Below are positions 40,041 to 54,849 of a stretch of DNA of 64,000 nt, piece by piece. Within the stretch, counting starts at the first letter, position 1. The number at the start of each line of letters is the position of its first letter. Origin of the DNA: Tubiluchus corallicola (Eukaryota > Animalia > Priapulida); assembly GCA_030141605.1 (NCBI GenBank), contig JAQGDQ010000448.1, positions 124,001 to 188,000 of the forward strand, read 5' to 3'. A program made the translations under genes and the position numbers. The notes below the pieces were generated by a model. It was not told the origin of the DNA, did not search any database, and was given only the letters and a program-made list of their open reading frames with translations.

Positions 40041-43000
40041 CAGACACCAGTCAATAGACAGCCTGTACATATTTTTAAATTGTTGTCATTTGGACTGCAC
40101 TTCATTTTGTTTTAATTTAAATAAACTTGAATAACAATTGTATGTTAAGTTTTAGGTATACTAGGCTTACTGTATGCTTAGATTGTTTGTATGCACACAA
40201 TAAAGTGTACGCCCTCTTATTTAACCATACATTTTCTTACTATTTATTGACACATTTAAATGTTTTCTTTGTATCACATTTATACAGTGCTTTTTAATAT
40301 TGCATAATTGAATTATATGATGAATTACATAACCTTTGATTCAATTGATTACAATTATTGCATACATCTTGAAGTTACGAAATATTTATACATCTACCTT
40401 GTTTAAATTGGTTGATGATTGTATTGTAATAGTACTTCAGCTTTTAAATTCAATTAATTAAATTGCAATATAATGTACTGGTGTTTTTTACTTTTTTTAT
40501 AAGGATCATTATGCATAAATGCAAGGAGATAAGGAAAAACACGTCATTCAAAATTATTTTTCACACAAAGCTGAAAATTTATAGCTAATTAGATCTGCTT
40601 ATTATCATTTATTACTGTCCCAAAGTAATACTGCAGTTCGTGCATTCTGGCTAATTCTATTAAACATGTTAATATGTTTACCAATTACTCCCTATCATCA
40701 TGGCTCCTGTTCATATTGCTAAAAACAAATGTTCCATCATGGTTTACATGACAAATCTAATGAAAATGAGATAAAATGAACTTTCTCTTGTGGGTAATTC
40801 TAGGTCATATGTAAATTGCAAGCTGCGTCAAGCAAAACATTTTTAAGTGCACTTTGTGCACCAAAATCAGTAATTTAATGGCAACTTTTTTGTTGTCACA
40901 AAATCTTTAGTGGCCAAAATATTCAAGTGTTTTTTGTGGTGTGTTAGCTAATTGTATAAGACAGTTTCAGCTAATTAAAGGGCGATTTATTCCTTAGTTT
41001 AGTATAATGTTATGCTTGGATAATTGCTGTTTAGTTAATTGAGCTTCCACTTCAGCTTGCTATTTTAGCAATTCATTATGTACACAGAATAGCATTAATT
41101 TTAGTCAATGTAGAGTTGGCTCACTTGCCTGGTCTTATTAGTTTCTTCTCAGTGAGTCAGAACTTGGAACGTTACCAACATGCATTAGTCAGAGGCACAA
41201 GTGATTGAATAAATTTGATTAGTCAGTAGTCAATATTTGAAACTATGCACAAAAAAAACAATTAAATTTTAATAACCGCAGGTTTGTATTTTGTGAATAC
41301 ACCTAAACTCTGTACTGATACACGCAATGTTATTAGCTTTGCACAAAATTGAGCTTCTTTACAAATTCAGTTTTAAAATTTTTAAACCCAGATTTATTTG
41401 CAGACAACCAAATAATATTTTCGCACACGTACATAGCAAACAAGCAGCCAAGAGAGACGGGGTGGCGAAAAGACAAAAAGTCGTCTAGTCTGCCACCCTT
41501 TAACTGAAATGATAACAAAAGACAAATTTTCACTATGTGAGCTAGTTGAAAGTTTTGCTTCTGTTATACATAAGAGTATAAAATATTTTGTGTCTGAACA
41601 GAAATACTAAATGTCTTAGGCTTACACTCAATGAAAACTGTTTATGTAATTATCAATAGTCTTCCATCTGTTCATGTGAACTTTCCCATCTAGTTTGTAT
41701 AAAATCAATAATCTTTTTGAGCTATGTAAGTTTATAGGAAAGTATTCAGTAGAAGTTATTCAAGACGACTGCTGATTATTTTTCTAATATTGAAATTCAT
41801 AGAAAGTACTAGAAAATTAACATGCTTTACTCATAAAAGAAGATAAACACGTTTATGTATTAGTCAGTTCATTCATTTGCATTTGAGAATAAAGATAACT
41901 AGATTTTTGTTCTGATTTGATGTTATTATTAGATAATTTATCTTGAACAATAATATATCCAGCAAGTTGTTACTAGTTAGTAACACATGCATTTGTTATG
42001 CGTGCATAGTTCATGTGTTAGTTGAGCTACATTCATAAACATCAAGACAAGATCGCAATTATAGGTTCAGACTAAAAATGAAAGTTTAATATTTTTCTTT
42101 GATATGAGTGCAAGGCAGTTGATACTTAAATAATCAGTGCAAGTGTTAAATGCAATAGAATTACACTAATACAGTGTCAAAGGAAAAGATAAACAAAAAT
42201 AAAGTAGGAATTCAATGATGCAATGCAGTGCATTATTTTTGCTTGTAATGACAAAAGTTTGTGCACATGGTAAATTGGTAATTAGACAGTGCTTTGTGGT
42301 TAAAATTATGAAAACACAGTATTTTAGATCTTTTATAAACGTCCTCTTGGCTGTGGTAGAAAGTTGTTTGGTAAATTTTTTGTGTAAAAATGACAGCAAT
42401 ATGAACAAATCTCACGTGCGATTTCAGTGAATTGCTCCTTTTGAATTTAGAGAAACTTTGTGTTCAGCGTATTGCACATACTTTTGTATAGTGTTTATTT
42501 ATTTAGGTTGTGCTGCACAGCTGAACATCACCTAGGTAAAGATAAAATGACTGGTTTTGAAGAGCTAGACATAGCATGTCCAGATATATTCGCAAAACTC
42601 CAGAACCTGATGTGTAAGATAATAATTTTTAATCTTTTAGTCATCAACTTATCTACCCCATATATGTTTTTCTGTGATTCATACAGACATTGTCCAAACT
42701 GAAGCCATTTCAGGATGCAAGTTATTTATAACCAGAATTTGTGAATTAGATTTTTAATGAGGTTTCGGTTTTTGGCTCAGCCTTCTGTTACACCGTCAAT
42801 ATCAAAAATGCCCTGTGTTTGCAGTGATTTTAAGGCCTATTCCAAAGTTTATCTTGTTAATATAACAAACTTTTCTAATGGTGTTTGGATTTTGTGTGGT
42901 GTGTAAACAGTAACCCAGTCATAATATACAGGAAAAGGCAATGTTTACTTCTGAGTGCATAATTTGATGCTCGTTGTGAAACACTAACTATTCAAGTAAT

Positions 43001-43045
43001 TTTTGTTTAATGTATTTCAGTAAAGAACTGTTAAAAAAGAATGGT

Positions 43046-46000
43046 ATGGTTTCATCTGATTTTCCTCATCCTGGGTCTGCAGTCGACGATGTACCATTTG
43101 AAAGGCCCTATGAAAATGGTGCACTTCCATCGCTGCACTTTGATAGAGAGACACCCATTTATACGGGCCCACAAGAAAAGGCTGACCGTTATTTAGATTA
43201 CGACACTATTGATGCAAATTATGGAAGCGAAAATTCCAGTGATGCTAATGGGTAATAATTTTTGTCTATAATTACGTAATTTTAAACTGCATTACATGGA
43301 TGGTTTTGCTAAAATGAGTGAGCTAAACAGGCTTATATTCATGTAATAAAGAGCTACACAACAGGGAGTAATCACCACTATAGTTACAATGGCTATATGT
43401 CTTGCAGTTCTACTGACAGAAAGTGCCCCACATAGAATTTGAAATTAAGTGGCCATCTTTGGTTCTGTTGGAGGCATTTCTAAAAGTGGTGCTATACATT
43501 TCTTTCAATTTTTTGTTTTTTCTCCAAAGAGTTGTCAATTTTTCTAAAGTGAATTTTGCAACACGTAAATTGTTGCATAAATACACATACATTGGCATGC
43601 TTGTGCAAAATTTTGGAAAAAATATTAGGAGAAAGAGCCTAAGAAATCACAGACTATTTTGTATGCCATTAGCTTTTCGTGAAATTTAAATAGACAGATA
43701 GCCCCTGACATTTAATAGGCTATTCAGTTGTTATTGGCTCGATTCTAGTCTTCTTTTATGTTTTTAAACTATTTAATAATGAATGTAGGTTTTTGCAAAA
43801 AACGCACCCACGAACAATACCAGAATAAGTGATATGTGTTAGATAACTACTGTGATGTTAGAAAAACCAAAGCATTTGAATACATGTCTAGTTCTCTTCT
43901 GCAGAAGTTTTGCATCGACATTTGGAGGTGAAAGTCTCAACTTTGCTGAAGTTTTTGGACAAGTGTACCCTGATGAATGGGACAGCATTGCATCGACTGA
44001 GCGCAGTAGTTTGTACTCGTGGGGCGATGAGGCAAGTTAAGTTCTATAAAGTTATATGGTAAAAGTATATTCTGTCATAGTTTCTGTGATATGGCATGTT
44101 AGATGAATTAGAGGAAATTGAGCTTTCTTTCTGTGACAAGTGAAAATCTTTTGTCATTGCCAGTGTAAAACGTACTTTCTTGCAGTTGTTTATTTTAATA
44201 TTTGCTTTTTGCATTAAGCAATTCTTTGCAATTAGGAATTTGAAAGTAAGACATCAGTGGTTGTACGGCAGCTCTTTGATGATATCGATGCCATGCTATA
44301 TGAGGGTTGCATTTCCAACAAGGAAGTTAGTCAGCAGGCAGAAGAGTGGTGTGTAAAGTATCCACACTTAAGGTATACTAACGTTTGTTCTTATTTAATA
44401 ATGTAGCCGGTAATAAGTAATATTTTGAATACACAATAAAGTACAGACCTTGCAGATGCAGAATTAGTGTCGTTAATCGATACTCATTGGGCGATATCGA
44501 TACGATACTTTTTCCCATCAATACGATATCGATACTAGCATTCTTGTGCTATGTGGTATGATACAATAAATTTTACATTTCAAAAAAAATTGATACATTT
44601 TTCTAGAAAAACAACTGGTATGAGTGAAAAAACCTGTTAAATCAAAGACTAACTTTACTGAGTAATACACTTTTGCCTGCACTGTGGCAATTTAGTAGAT
44701 CCTTTTTCTAGAAAGCAATTAGTTAGGATGTTACTTAAAAAAAAGAATTTCAAGCAGAAATATATGTAGATGAAGATGTTACATAGATCTGCGATTTGAG
44801 TACGATATTTCTTGATGTCAGTTCGATACAATATCGATACAATTCCTATACTTGGATAATAATATGGGATTTGCATAAATAATTATGAATTCAGTGTTGT
44901 TTAACAACACTACCAGGAGTGCTCATGTGTTAGAGGGGCCTGTGGTTGTTAAGAAGAGTCAGCATGAAATCATGAAGAATTAAAGGCAGGATGTGACATC
45001 TTATGATCGATTTTAAAGATTGTAGTATATCTGTAGGCCACAAGAATTTACCTTTGAATGAAAGTTCCTATCACATTATTTTGCAGATGGCCTCAAATAT
45101 ATAGTTATGCTACCTATAACCTTTATGAATAAATACAAATGCTAATATGTTTTTGTTTGTATCTATAAGATCATTATTACTTTTTTCTGAAATATAGAGT
45201 ATTGGGAAAGCAGATTTCTGCTTGCATGGACTTTGGGTATTCCTTTTACTCTACAAGTGGTGGGGAAGATTTGGAGTCAGTTCTCTTGGTGGCATCATCT
45301 CTGCCAAATTCGTTGAGCAGTCATATCAGTGCTGATGCAGTTGATCACTCTAGGTAGAATATTTTAACTGATTAGAATATGCTTCATAGATTGTATATCC
45401 TGGCCAAGTGGATAGATACACACCCATCAGGAGAGTGGCTTGTGGTAGCTGTGAGGGTTTGATACTTGCATTAGGTGGTTAAATCTGTAATATTTGGCTG
45501 TTTACCTCATTTTTTTAAAAGATGTGCATACATAGTGCAGTGGCTCATCTTTGAGAGATATATCTGTGATAGTGAGCCAGGCTCCAGTCAGGTCACAAAC
45601 TCTACATAATTAAGCCGTGCTTTGAATACTAATTTCCGGTATGCTCTGTGCCAAAGCTTATGAAAAAACATTATAATGAAGAGTTACGGTTATTGCCAGA
45701 ATTACTTTCCCTACAAATATGAGCTCATTGCAATGTAAATTTTACATTTTCAGTTTGGTTATTAGTGGCTCTCAGTTATTAGCTCAGTCTTTGACAGCAT
45801 CTTCAGAACTGAATAGCAGACATTCAGAGGAGGTATCTTTTGAAGAGGAAATAATTGAATCTCATGGCACTTATGAGGAGGTTTTAGCTATTGATTCTAG
45901 GTTTGTCATCGTTTATTAGAAGTGACTAATTTTTTTTACCTGTTTGTGCACATAGTTTTTGCTTTATTATTTTTCTGAAAGTTACATTGTGATATGCACA

Positions 46001-49000
46001 GTTAAACACTGAAAAAACTATTTTTTCCGTTTTAATTCTGCAACTAATTTTCAATATTGCATTCTTGTTCTTCGTCTAACCTGCTTGGAAAGAAGGTGAT
46101 ATTACTTTGCCTAGTAAAAGCTTTGCTATATTTAATGTATGGCTATAGTCTGTTCCTTCTTGTTTTTAATCATTTAATCGTTTACTCTCTGGTAGTAATT
46201 GATTATGTCCTACTAGCTGAGCCTGTGCTTGGTTTCTATTTAAATGTGCAAGCTGATGGTTACAGAAAAATACTGATTATTTATGATTGATAAACCCCAT
46301 GCTGAATCTTATTGGCAAATATTTAAGCCGTACATGAATTTCAGTAAAGGCTTAGTAAATTATGGTTAAGTTGGAGTAAACTATTAGCTCTGTTCTGCTC
46401 ATGCAACTTTACAATTTGGAATAATTTGTATGTAGGTTCTACTTGTTTTTCTTTCCATTAGGGAGTTTTCTTCTCATTCTCTTGCCTCATCATCGACATT
46501 CTCAGGCACCTTAACACTGCAGAGAAAAGGATTACCTCCTGTTTCTCCCAGTGCTGTTATGATGGATAGCATTCTTGCCAACTTATTTCAACATACTTGG
46601 GTCGACATCGTGTCTTGGTTAAAGCCACTGTTTCTTGCTTACTTACGAGCTTTGGATAGTAAAGGTAGCTGCCAAGTTATAGTTTAAACATGTCTCTAGA
46701 ATTTGTAAACAAAGTGAAATGAATTTCAAGGACATTGACTGCTTGTTCACTGCCAAAAGGAAACAATTTAGCAACTTTTTCTTAATTACGAAAATTCATA
46801 TATAAATGACAGTTTAGTTGAAGAGAGATGACACAACAAATTTTCTAATGACTGTGGAAAACTCAAATTTAATGACAGAAGTTTTAGTTTTTTTCCTATT
46901 CTTTCATATATGTAACATCATACTTACAGATTTTATTGCATTTTGCTGATACACTATGAGTAAGCTTAACCTTAGGCATTTTCATGCTGCAGCAAAGTCT
47001 AGTAACCAAAATTGCAGTTCTTTGTAGTATATATTGTGTTAACATTGTTACTTTTGTGCATGATTTGTTTGTTGTAGTTGCATTGTTTTGTTGCTTTTGT
47101 GAATGTCTTGTTTGTGGCAAAATAATAATAATAGTAATAATAATAATGATAATAATAATATGGTTTGTGCTATGGCCAGTGATGTTCACTTTATCAAAAA
47201 AATATTTTTTGTGCTCAAGGAACTTACCTATGTACGTTTCCAGTTTTATGTATTTTTTATGAAATTCTCCAAGTTTGTGTTGTTTCTCTACAAATCTGCT
47301 AGTTTAAATAGGAATGGATTCCAAATTGATCAAATGTGCTACGTGCAGTATGTGTTAGCAGGCTTTGCAATTAACTACTGCTGTCAAAGGAAGATGTGTA
47401 TTCGGTGTTGTAGGTCAAATTAAGTGAATTAGCTTGTTGTTATATGGAAAAACATGATTTCATAGTTTTCACATACTGTTCCCATGATTTCACTTATACA
47501 GCAAATGCTGTTGAAAAGTAGACATGAGTTAGGTAATAGACAAACAACCAACAGAAATGTTACAGTAGCATTATGTCTTTAATTATACATGTGGTGCAAA
47601 TGCTATTTTCAGCAGTGGTATTGACATGCGTGGGAAAAATTGCTAGTAAACTGAGAGGTCAAAAAGATTGATATAGTTTATATAATCAAGGTTTTTTATT
47701 CTTATTATTATTTTGCAATGATTTATCTCCCCAAATTTTTCCTCTGAAGGCAAAAACAGGGTATTGACAACAGCAGGCAATCTTCCCGTGCTGCAGTCAT
47801 CAAGTCGAAAAACGTCTCTCCCAACTCCTCGGACGGCACAGGTATCTCACACTGCACTGGCATTTTGTATTTAGTACTCAGTAGTTTCTCCTTAGAATGA
47901 AGATTTAGAAATGCTAAGGAGTGACAGTTTTTTTGTGAATTTTCTATATTTTGCCTAAATAAAATACTCAGCAAAACTTTCAAAGTTGATATTAGCAGCC
48001 GTGTGTGCATTTTTATGATCACATAACAAACACTTATGTTTGGTTTTTATTTTGATAGGCTGGATTCGAACGACCAAATGCATTACACGGATTACTTACT
48101 GTTTCTAGCAAAGCATTGCAAATGCGTCCAGAGAGAATATCGTATGTACTAAAATGCACTGTCTTCTGTTACAGCTCGAGAACGTAAAAAAATCAATACA
48201 ATATTTATGCAGCTGTTACATAATTTTAAAAAATGAGGTATTTTAATGGAGAGATTTCTTTTGGGTTATCATAAAACAACTGAGTTGTCTGAAAACAGCG
48301 TGTTTGATAGTGCTAACCCGCAGCAACAAAGAATTATTAAATAATTATAAACTTATTAAAGAGTCGTGTCTATAACCTTTTAGCCATCGCTTTTTAATAA
48401 GTTTGCAATTATTTAGAAGGTTTTAATAAAAGTACTACCATAAGATAAATGGAAAAAGATCACCATAATGCTATGTACCTAATCCATATTCAGTGTTAGT
48501 GAAAAAGTCATCTTAGATTTGACTAAATGTCTATATTGACTATATTGCAGCCATTTTAAAGTTGATACACTGCTCTTTACCTGTTCACAATAGATTAAAA
48601 TATGCACTATGTAAGTTATAATCAATTAGTAACCACTTACCAACTGCTGTGTATATTTTGGGATTATAAGTTTATATTTTACTAAGACTGCTGTCCGTTT
48701 ATAGATGATGAAAGTCTGAGTTGAGCACATACAAGAATTTACTGGTTTACAGTCTGTATTCGATTTTTGTTATTTGTTAAAATTCCCTCATAATTGAGGT
48801 TGCAGTCAGGCAGGCCTAATGACCACATGTTTTTGATTCTTTCTTTGTATTTTGTATGAATTTTGTTTGTTTTTAAATATCGAAATACTTACATAAATTC
48901 ACTAGCCCACAAACTTGCTACTGCTAATGCAATGGCACGCCTTCCAATTTTTTTAGCAGCGTGCAACTAAAGAATAGCTTTATCTGCACAAATAATGCAA

Positions 49001-52000
49001 ATATTGTTTTTACTACAGCCATTGTTTTTATTTTTAGCTTAAGTGAAAATCTAGACCATCAATTTTCATTTGAATCTCAGCAGAGGCAAGACAGCACTCA
49101 GCTGAAGCAAGACAGTGTGCCACGCAGACAGGAAAACATTCAATATAAATTAGACAGCAATGGCACACAAACTCAGTTGAGACAAGGTGTTTCTAGCATG
49201 GAACCAACATCTTCTAGTTCTTTTCCTATGAAGCATTTCCGACCTGTCAGCCATCAGAGCCGTATTCCAGGACGACGAAGAGGTCTTTTAGCTGAGTTGA
49301 AATTAGTAAGCATTTTAATAACAAATTTCTTTGTTCATCAGAATTTTAATTTAGAATTATGTGTGATTGATGTGTGTCTTCTTAGTTGTTAATTATTGGT
49401 ATTTTATGCAAAAACGAGAATCTTTAGCTTATTACATATTAGTATTGAGTGATGTAGGTGACTTGAAAAGATTTCTTTCTACAGTAGGCGTGGTTTCTGG
49501 GTTTCACGGTTAATAGACTCAATCGCTTAATTGACTCAAAAATGCCGGGTACAGGCCGGTTCTATTCAAATGTACATAAAAACTGTCGTTAATTGACTCA
49601 ACTAACTCCAAATAATTGACTCAATATTTTTACTTCACATGCTTCAATAAGACACTTTCAGGTGGTTAATAAGATTTTGTGATTTTTATATCATCTTAGT
49701 TCGCTTTTGTCCTATAACATACCTAGAAACAATCATGTTAAGTACCATTTTGTTTGTAAGTAGGAATGCTTAGCATATGCTAATATGCTAGGCTAATGGT
49801 TTGCTTTGACTCGCCCCTCTCTGGCTCTGGCTGTCTTTGCCTGAAAGCTTAATCAGTTAGATGTTGCTGTTATGTCAGGGATGCAGGTAAAGTCCAGTAA
49901 GTACGTCATGATAGCAAGCGGGAGTTTAGGCGGAGCTACAGACGAAGCTACTTGCCGTGAAACACGGGCACCACTAACAGTTTAAAATATTTTTTTCTAA
50001 TTTTTAACTGCACAAAGGAATTTAGGCAGTACTTCATTTCTAAAATTCATTAAAAACCTTTGCAGTGCATAGTAAGCTGGTGACTCATACTTCTGTACCA
50101 GTAATACTACACCCATCGGTTAATAGGTTCAGTCGGTTAATTGGGTCAAAAAACTTCCGTCCCAAAGTGGTCTATTAAGTGGTGCTTACTGTATTTCAAA
50201 AACCACTATGGTGCCTTGATTTACATTTTACATTGTTTTGGGGTATTGTTTGTCTTGCTTTTATATAGCACAATACTGAAATTATATGTCAAAGTAACAC
50301 ACTCGGCTTTCTGTTTTTAGGAAGACAATACAAAGGAAAACATGCAGTCAAAAGCAGTACCCGGTGGGCTTTCATCAATTTCTCTTTCTCCTAGAGATTT
50401 CACTCTGCCACCTATAGAGTTCTTCAGTGAAAAACAGGAAAAACAGGTTAATTTTCATTTATTAGTTCAGCAATCTTTATACCATCTGTAAAATGTACTA
50501 ATATAACAGTGGAAAAGTATTAGGATAAGAACAAAGAACAGAAAATAAAGAATGTTTTTTTTCTTAAATAAGATAACAAGCATAATAAATGATTATTTTG
50601 ACATTATGAACTAACAGAGAGCATAAAATCCACATTTTCTAATGCAGTTTTTGATATGACACATTGAAAGTTACTATTAACCGATGCTATTTTTTAAAAA
50701 TTTTTGGCAAAGGAAATTTTGTGTTTCACTGTGCATGAGCGTTTACGGAATTTTCGATTTTTGAAAAGTTTCACTGAACTAGATCCTAAAATTTACTGCT
50801 GTAGTTTTGATCTGTCTGCATCAAAATTGATCTGTGACTTGGCTGCTAGAAATATTGCATAAAACCAAATTTTATTAGATGCCATTTCATTTAATTCTGC
50901 CGCGTGTGAAGTTAGCGCACTGTTGTTCATTTTGCTGATGCTTTTGGTCTTTGACAGAAACCAGGTGTTTCATCTGTGAGTAAAAACTACTTTAGAGCTA
51001 CAACTGCACTTGGCAGTAAAGTTTCTTCCAACCAGGATAACAGACCCAGTACCACTTTGCATAGGGTAAGAACTCATTTAAATAATAACTTTTAACTTAA
51101 ATTTCCTTAAATTTTGACCGTGTTCGTGTGCATACCACGCTCCTAACTTGATGCCCAGAAGTGCCATGAATCATGCTAGGATCCAAAATATCTCTGTTAT
51201 TGTTTTAGGCTGTAATTAATTCTATCATGTGTTTGTTTTTTCAGATTAATAGCTATGGTGAATCGCATCCAAATACTCCAGCTACAAACAGCAGGTCATA
51301 TCTGCTAAATGGTATGCAATGTTGCATTTTTGGCCTTTCTTAGTTTCTACTGGAATTGCTATAAAAATTGAAGTTAGGCAACGTTTATCCTTGCAAAGTC
51401 AATGAGAGAGGAAGTAAACATATTAGAACTACAAGTATCAGTCCTAAGATTCATTTTTGGCTTTTATAATCCTTAGAGCATATAGATTTTGGTATATATT
51501 AGAGACCATTAAAAAAACAGAATCTTGGGCAGCTAAACTCCACTGAAAACAAAGGCCATACGACAAAAAGCTAATGCAGACTATACATGAATGTAAATTT
51601 TATTCTCTAACATGGGAAAATACAAAAATGTTATTAACCTATTAATAATCTAGGTTGAAGTAATTTCACATTACTAATTTCTATCTGCATTAGTGGCACT
51701 AGAAAATGACAAAAAATTCTAATTTCTGTACGCTAAATAAATGCAAAATTCTTCAAATTAATTCGCTGCAAATACATAACAAACACTAGCGGCTATTTGT
51801 CACTTTATTTTTTAGAATGACACACTGCAAGTTAGTATCTAGTTTCCTACTACTATTAGTAACAAGAATGGTTGTAGCAGGATCGGTATCTTACTAATCA
51901 TATATATATACATATATATATATATGTACTATAGTCTATAAATAAAGTTCTCATTTTTACAGATAAATTAATTGCTAGTGTTCATGGACGAAGTCTACAG

Positions 52001-52321
52001 CCTTCTGCTGCTGCTGCTGCACAGGCTTCTGGGTCGTTATCGACACTAAGTCACAGTTTTTTAAATAAACATCTTTCTGGCCCAGCCAATCGATATCCAT
52101 TTGGTCGCCCATCAAGAATGCCTATCCGCTCTTCAAGTATAAGAAATTCTACAACTGGTATAAGTCTCACATCTGCAGGGTATTTACATACAAGTAGTCA
52201 GCAGAGTAACAGTCGTCAGCTGCATCCTCGACTCCCTGCTATGTCATCAAAGCAACCTGTAAGAGGACAAGAGCTGGAACCACTTAAAGTTTATGAGAAA
52301 AAGAGCAAGCCATCTTGGTAA
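43046..52321 (+). CDS. FAM149B1: FAM149-family (DUF3719) protein, FAM149B1-like
   Basis: Exons 43021(ATG 43046)-43251, 43905-44031, 44236-44372, 45198-45353, 45754-45900, 46462-46664, 47750-47841, 48059-48141, 49038-49305, 50321-50446, 50958-51065, 51245-51311 and 51963-52321 join in frame. Motifs SSLYSWGDEEFE..TS..VRQLFDDIDAMLYEG..EEW..KYPHLRVLGKQ, EEIIESHG.YEEVLAID and GLPPVSP are FAM149-typical. Probable 5'UTR exon 42507-42535. The exact 3' end is uncertain. Confidence 0.88.
44465..44848. mobile_element. hAT-like MITE with CGATAC/ATCGAT subterminal repeats
   Basis: Clusters of CGATA(C/T) at both ends (44480-44540 and 44800-44840) and TAG...CTA termini. No clear TSD. Confidence 0.5.
45398..45480 (+). 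mobile_element. tRNA-derived SINE head remnant
   Basis: A-box-like TGGCCAAGTGG and B-box-like GGTTTGATACT at Pol III promoter-like spacing. No cloverleaf. Confidence 0.4.
47120..47160. repeat. (AAT)n microsatellite
   Basis: Imperfect AATAAT run. Confidence 0.9.
49482..50191. mobile_element. pogo/Tigger-like MITE in a FAM149 intron
   Basis: TA-CAGTAGGC ... GCTTACTG-TA ends (TA TSD). Repeated subterminal GGTTAAT(A/T)G(A/G)(C/G)TC motifs at both ends. Confidence 0.7.
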
Positions 52322-54849
52322 GAAATTGTCGCATGTTGTTTTGTAACTAACTTTGTTTGAGAGGGCATACAAAGGGTTAAAGAGTTATAATTTTATATAA
52401 AGCAAGTTTACTTCGTAAGTTAAGAGTGCTTATAAGTTATGTGGTGTATGGGCTTAAATAGAATAAAGGTTTTTTTTTGCTTACTATCTTGGTAAGAACT
52501 GTGTGCTTGTAAGGGCACTATACAGGCTATATAGGCTTCAAACAAAATATTGCTTTTCTTATCTCAGTTTTGCTCTGATGCAGCATTACATGTAAGGGTC
52601 AAATTATTTCATAAAACAAGTCTGTTAACAGCTGTTCTTTATTGAAGTTCTTGTTACTACTGCCACACAATACTTACTTATACTGCATGTATTTTAATAC
52701 TGGTGATCATGATAAAGCAACAGGCATGAGCTAGTTGAATTGTTCAGCCATTGTAACAGACTCATGATGAACCTGGTCCTTTTTATACATTTAACCACAT
52801 TTATCGCATCATTCTTTTGGCAATATTTTTTTTATTAAATTTGTGTCAATGATTCATGATGAATTAATGAGCAAATAAATGCACTACTGACTTACTTTTA
52901 TTTTACCAGATACTAAGAGCGCTTCGATTTCCAGTAGAAATGTGGCAAAGAGTCTGCATAGACGTTACGTGTGTTTGATTTTAGTATGGACTACTTGGTG
53001 CCTTACTGAATTCAGCACCAACTCAATAAAAAAACTAGAACTGTTTTTATACCACATTATTATTACCTTACATAATTTGTTTGCCATTTTACTGTTAATA
53101 AGTAATATTGCTGAATAAAGAAGAAGAGACTGTAGTGAGACTAGTGTGTGTTTTCCATTTGTTCATTGTGTAATATTTGCTAATTATTGTACCAGTTCTT
53201 GACATTAAGAATTATTTCGATGTGAGGTTGTTTAGCATATTTGTATGAGTTCATGTTTGTTTACTAGAAGAAACTGCTGAACAGCAACTATTTATTTATC
53301 TCATTCTTAAAGTATGTAAATAGCAACAGCTTCAGTTACATTTATGCACATTCTGTTTTTTGTTAATGTTGCTTGACGCTCACACATTACTTATGTTTCA
53401 CGTGCATGCATGCCATAATCAACTGGTGGCTAATTATAATTCTGTAATTCATTTTGGAAAATTGAGCATAAAAAATACACGTAATTGTAATTTGTTTGCC
53501 ATACTATTCATGTCCCTTGTTGTGTCACAGCTCTGAATGACTGTACTTCACAACTTATTTACAGACATTTCATATTTCTGTTATTGTGCATATAACAAAA
53601 TTTAGCCATTGCAAAGTTACATGTAAGTTTTAAACTGGCAATGTATTTGCAGTTTTTGTTGACCAGCCTTCTCTGTGATACTGTGTTCTTCAACAAAAGG
53701 CCTGTCAAATTAATACATCTTTTGGAGGAGCAATTTAGGTTGACCTTGCATTTGGTGATATTGGTTTTATCCATTTTAGAGTTAACTTTCTTTGCCAAGC
53801 ATAATTACTGAGTCACTCATCTATCCTCCAGTCGTAACTATTGGAGTACTGTTGATAATTAAGTGAACGATGCTAGTTAATGATAAATTTGACTCAGTGC
53901 CTTGAATTTTAATAAAATGAATAAATAAAGATTTTGGATAAATAAATGATTCGATCTTATTTCATGTCGTCTTGTAACTAGCTTAGTTTTAAAGGGGCAT
54001 GCCTAGGGTTAAATTACATATAAAGCAAGGTTATTTTGTAAATTGAGTAACAGTGCACCAACTTGCTGAAAGACATCAATAGATGTGTTTACTGCCAACT
54101 GTCATTCTTGTTCAACAGTAGGTTGAACATTTGGAAATATTGTGTTGGAAGAATTGCAATTGCAACTATGTGTATTGGCAGTGGTCACTGATAGCAACAT
54201 CATTAATTTTGCTGAACAACACTTGAAAAAACAAAACTAAGACTGAAATAAACAAACCAATGAAGTAGCCAATTATATGCTTCGATTTCACTTTGTACAG
54301 AGTAACACAACTTTTTCGCTAGGCATGTGGGATGCCAAAGCATCACTTAAAAAAATTATCAAGCGTCAAAATATTGCTCGATCACGAATCTATCGCGCCG
54401 ATAATATTAAATTTACAATGTAGAAGCTTTGTGCACCTAGCACAGCCTGCAGATTTGAGATGCATGTGCTTGGTTGGAAAGGATGAAACTGAAACACTTG
54501 GAAGTTATCTGGACTTCAACCCGGCTGAACACATTGAAGTTAGGCAAAGTGGAGGTTATGATGATCAATAAATATTCTGGGTGTACCAGTCAGATACAGG
54601 AAGTGTTAGACTATTTTAATTGGGTTTGAACAAGTCTCAAGTCAAAACGGTCTACCTACTCAAGATTGCAGGTTATGCGATACGAACGAATCTAGCACAC
54701 TAAAATAATTATTAAGAGTGTGACAGATTGTCAAATGTGTAAGCAATACTGTCTTCAGTCACAGTTCCGTGCAGTAAATGGCTCTGTGCTGGACTTATTT
54801 TATCTCTCCATACAGTCAAAATCCCCTGTCAATAAGGCCCCTATTTGAA

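Noticed and set aside
54332-54571. 79-aa ORF between FAM149 and the peptidase-like gene
   Set aside because: No recognisable homology or convincing splice context.
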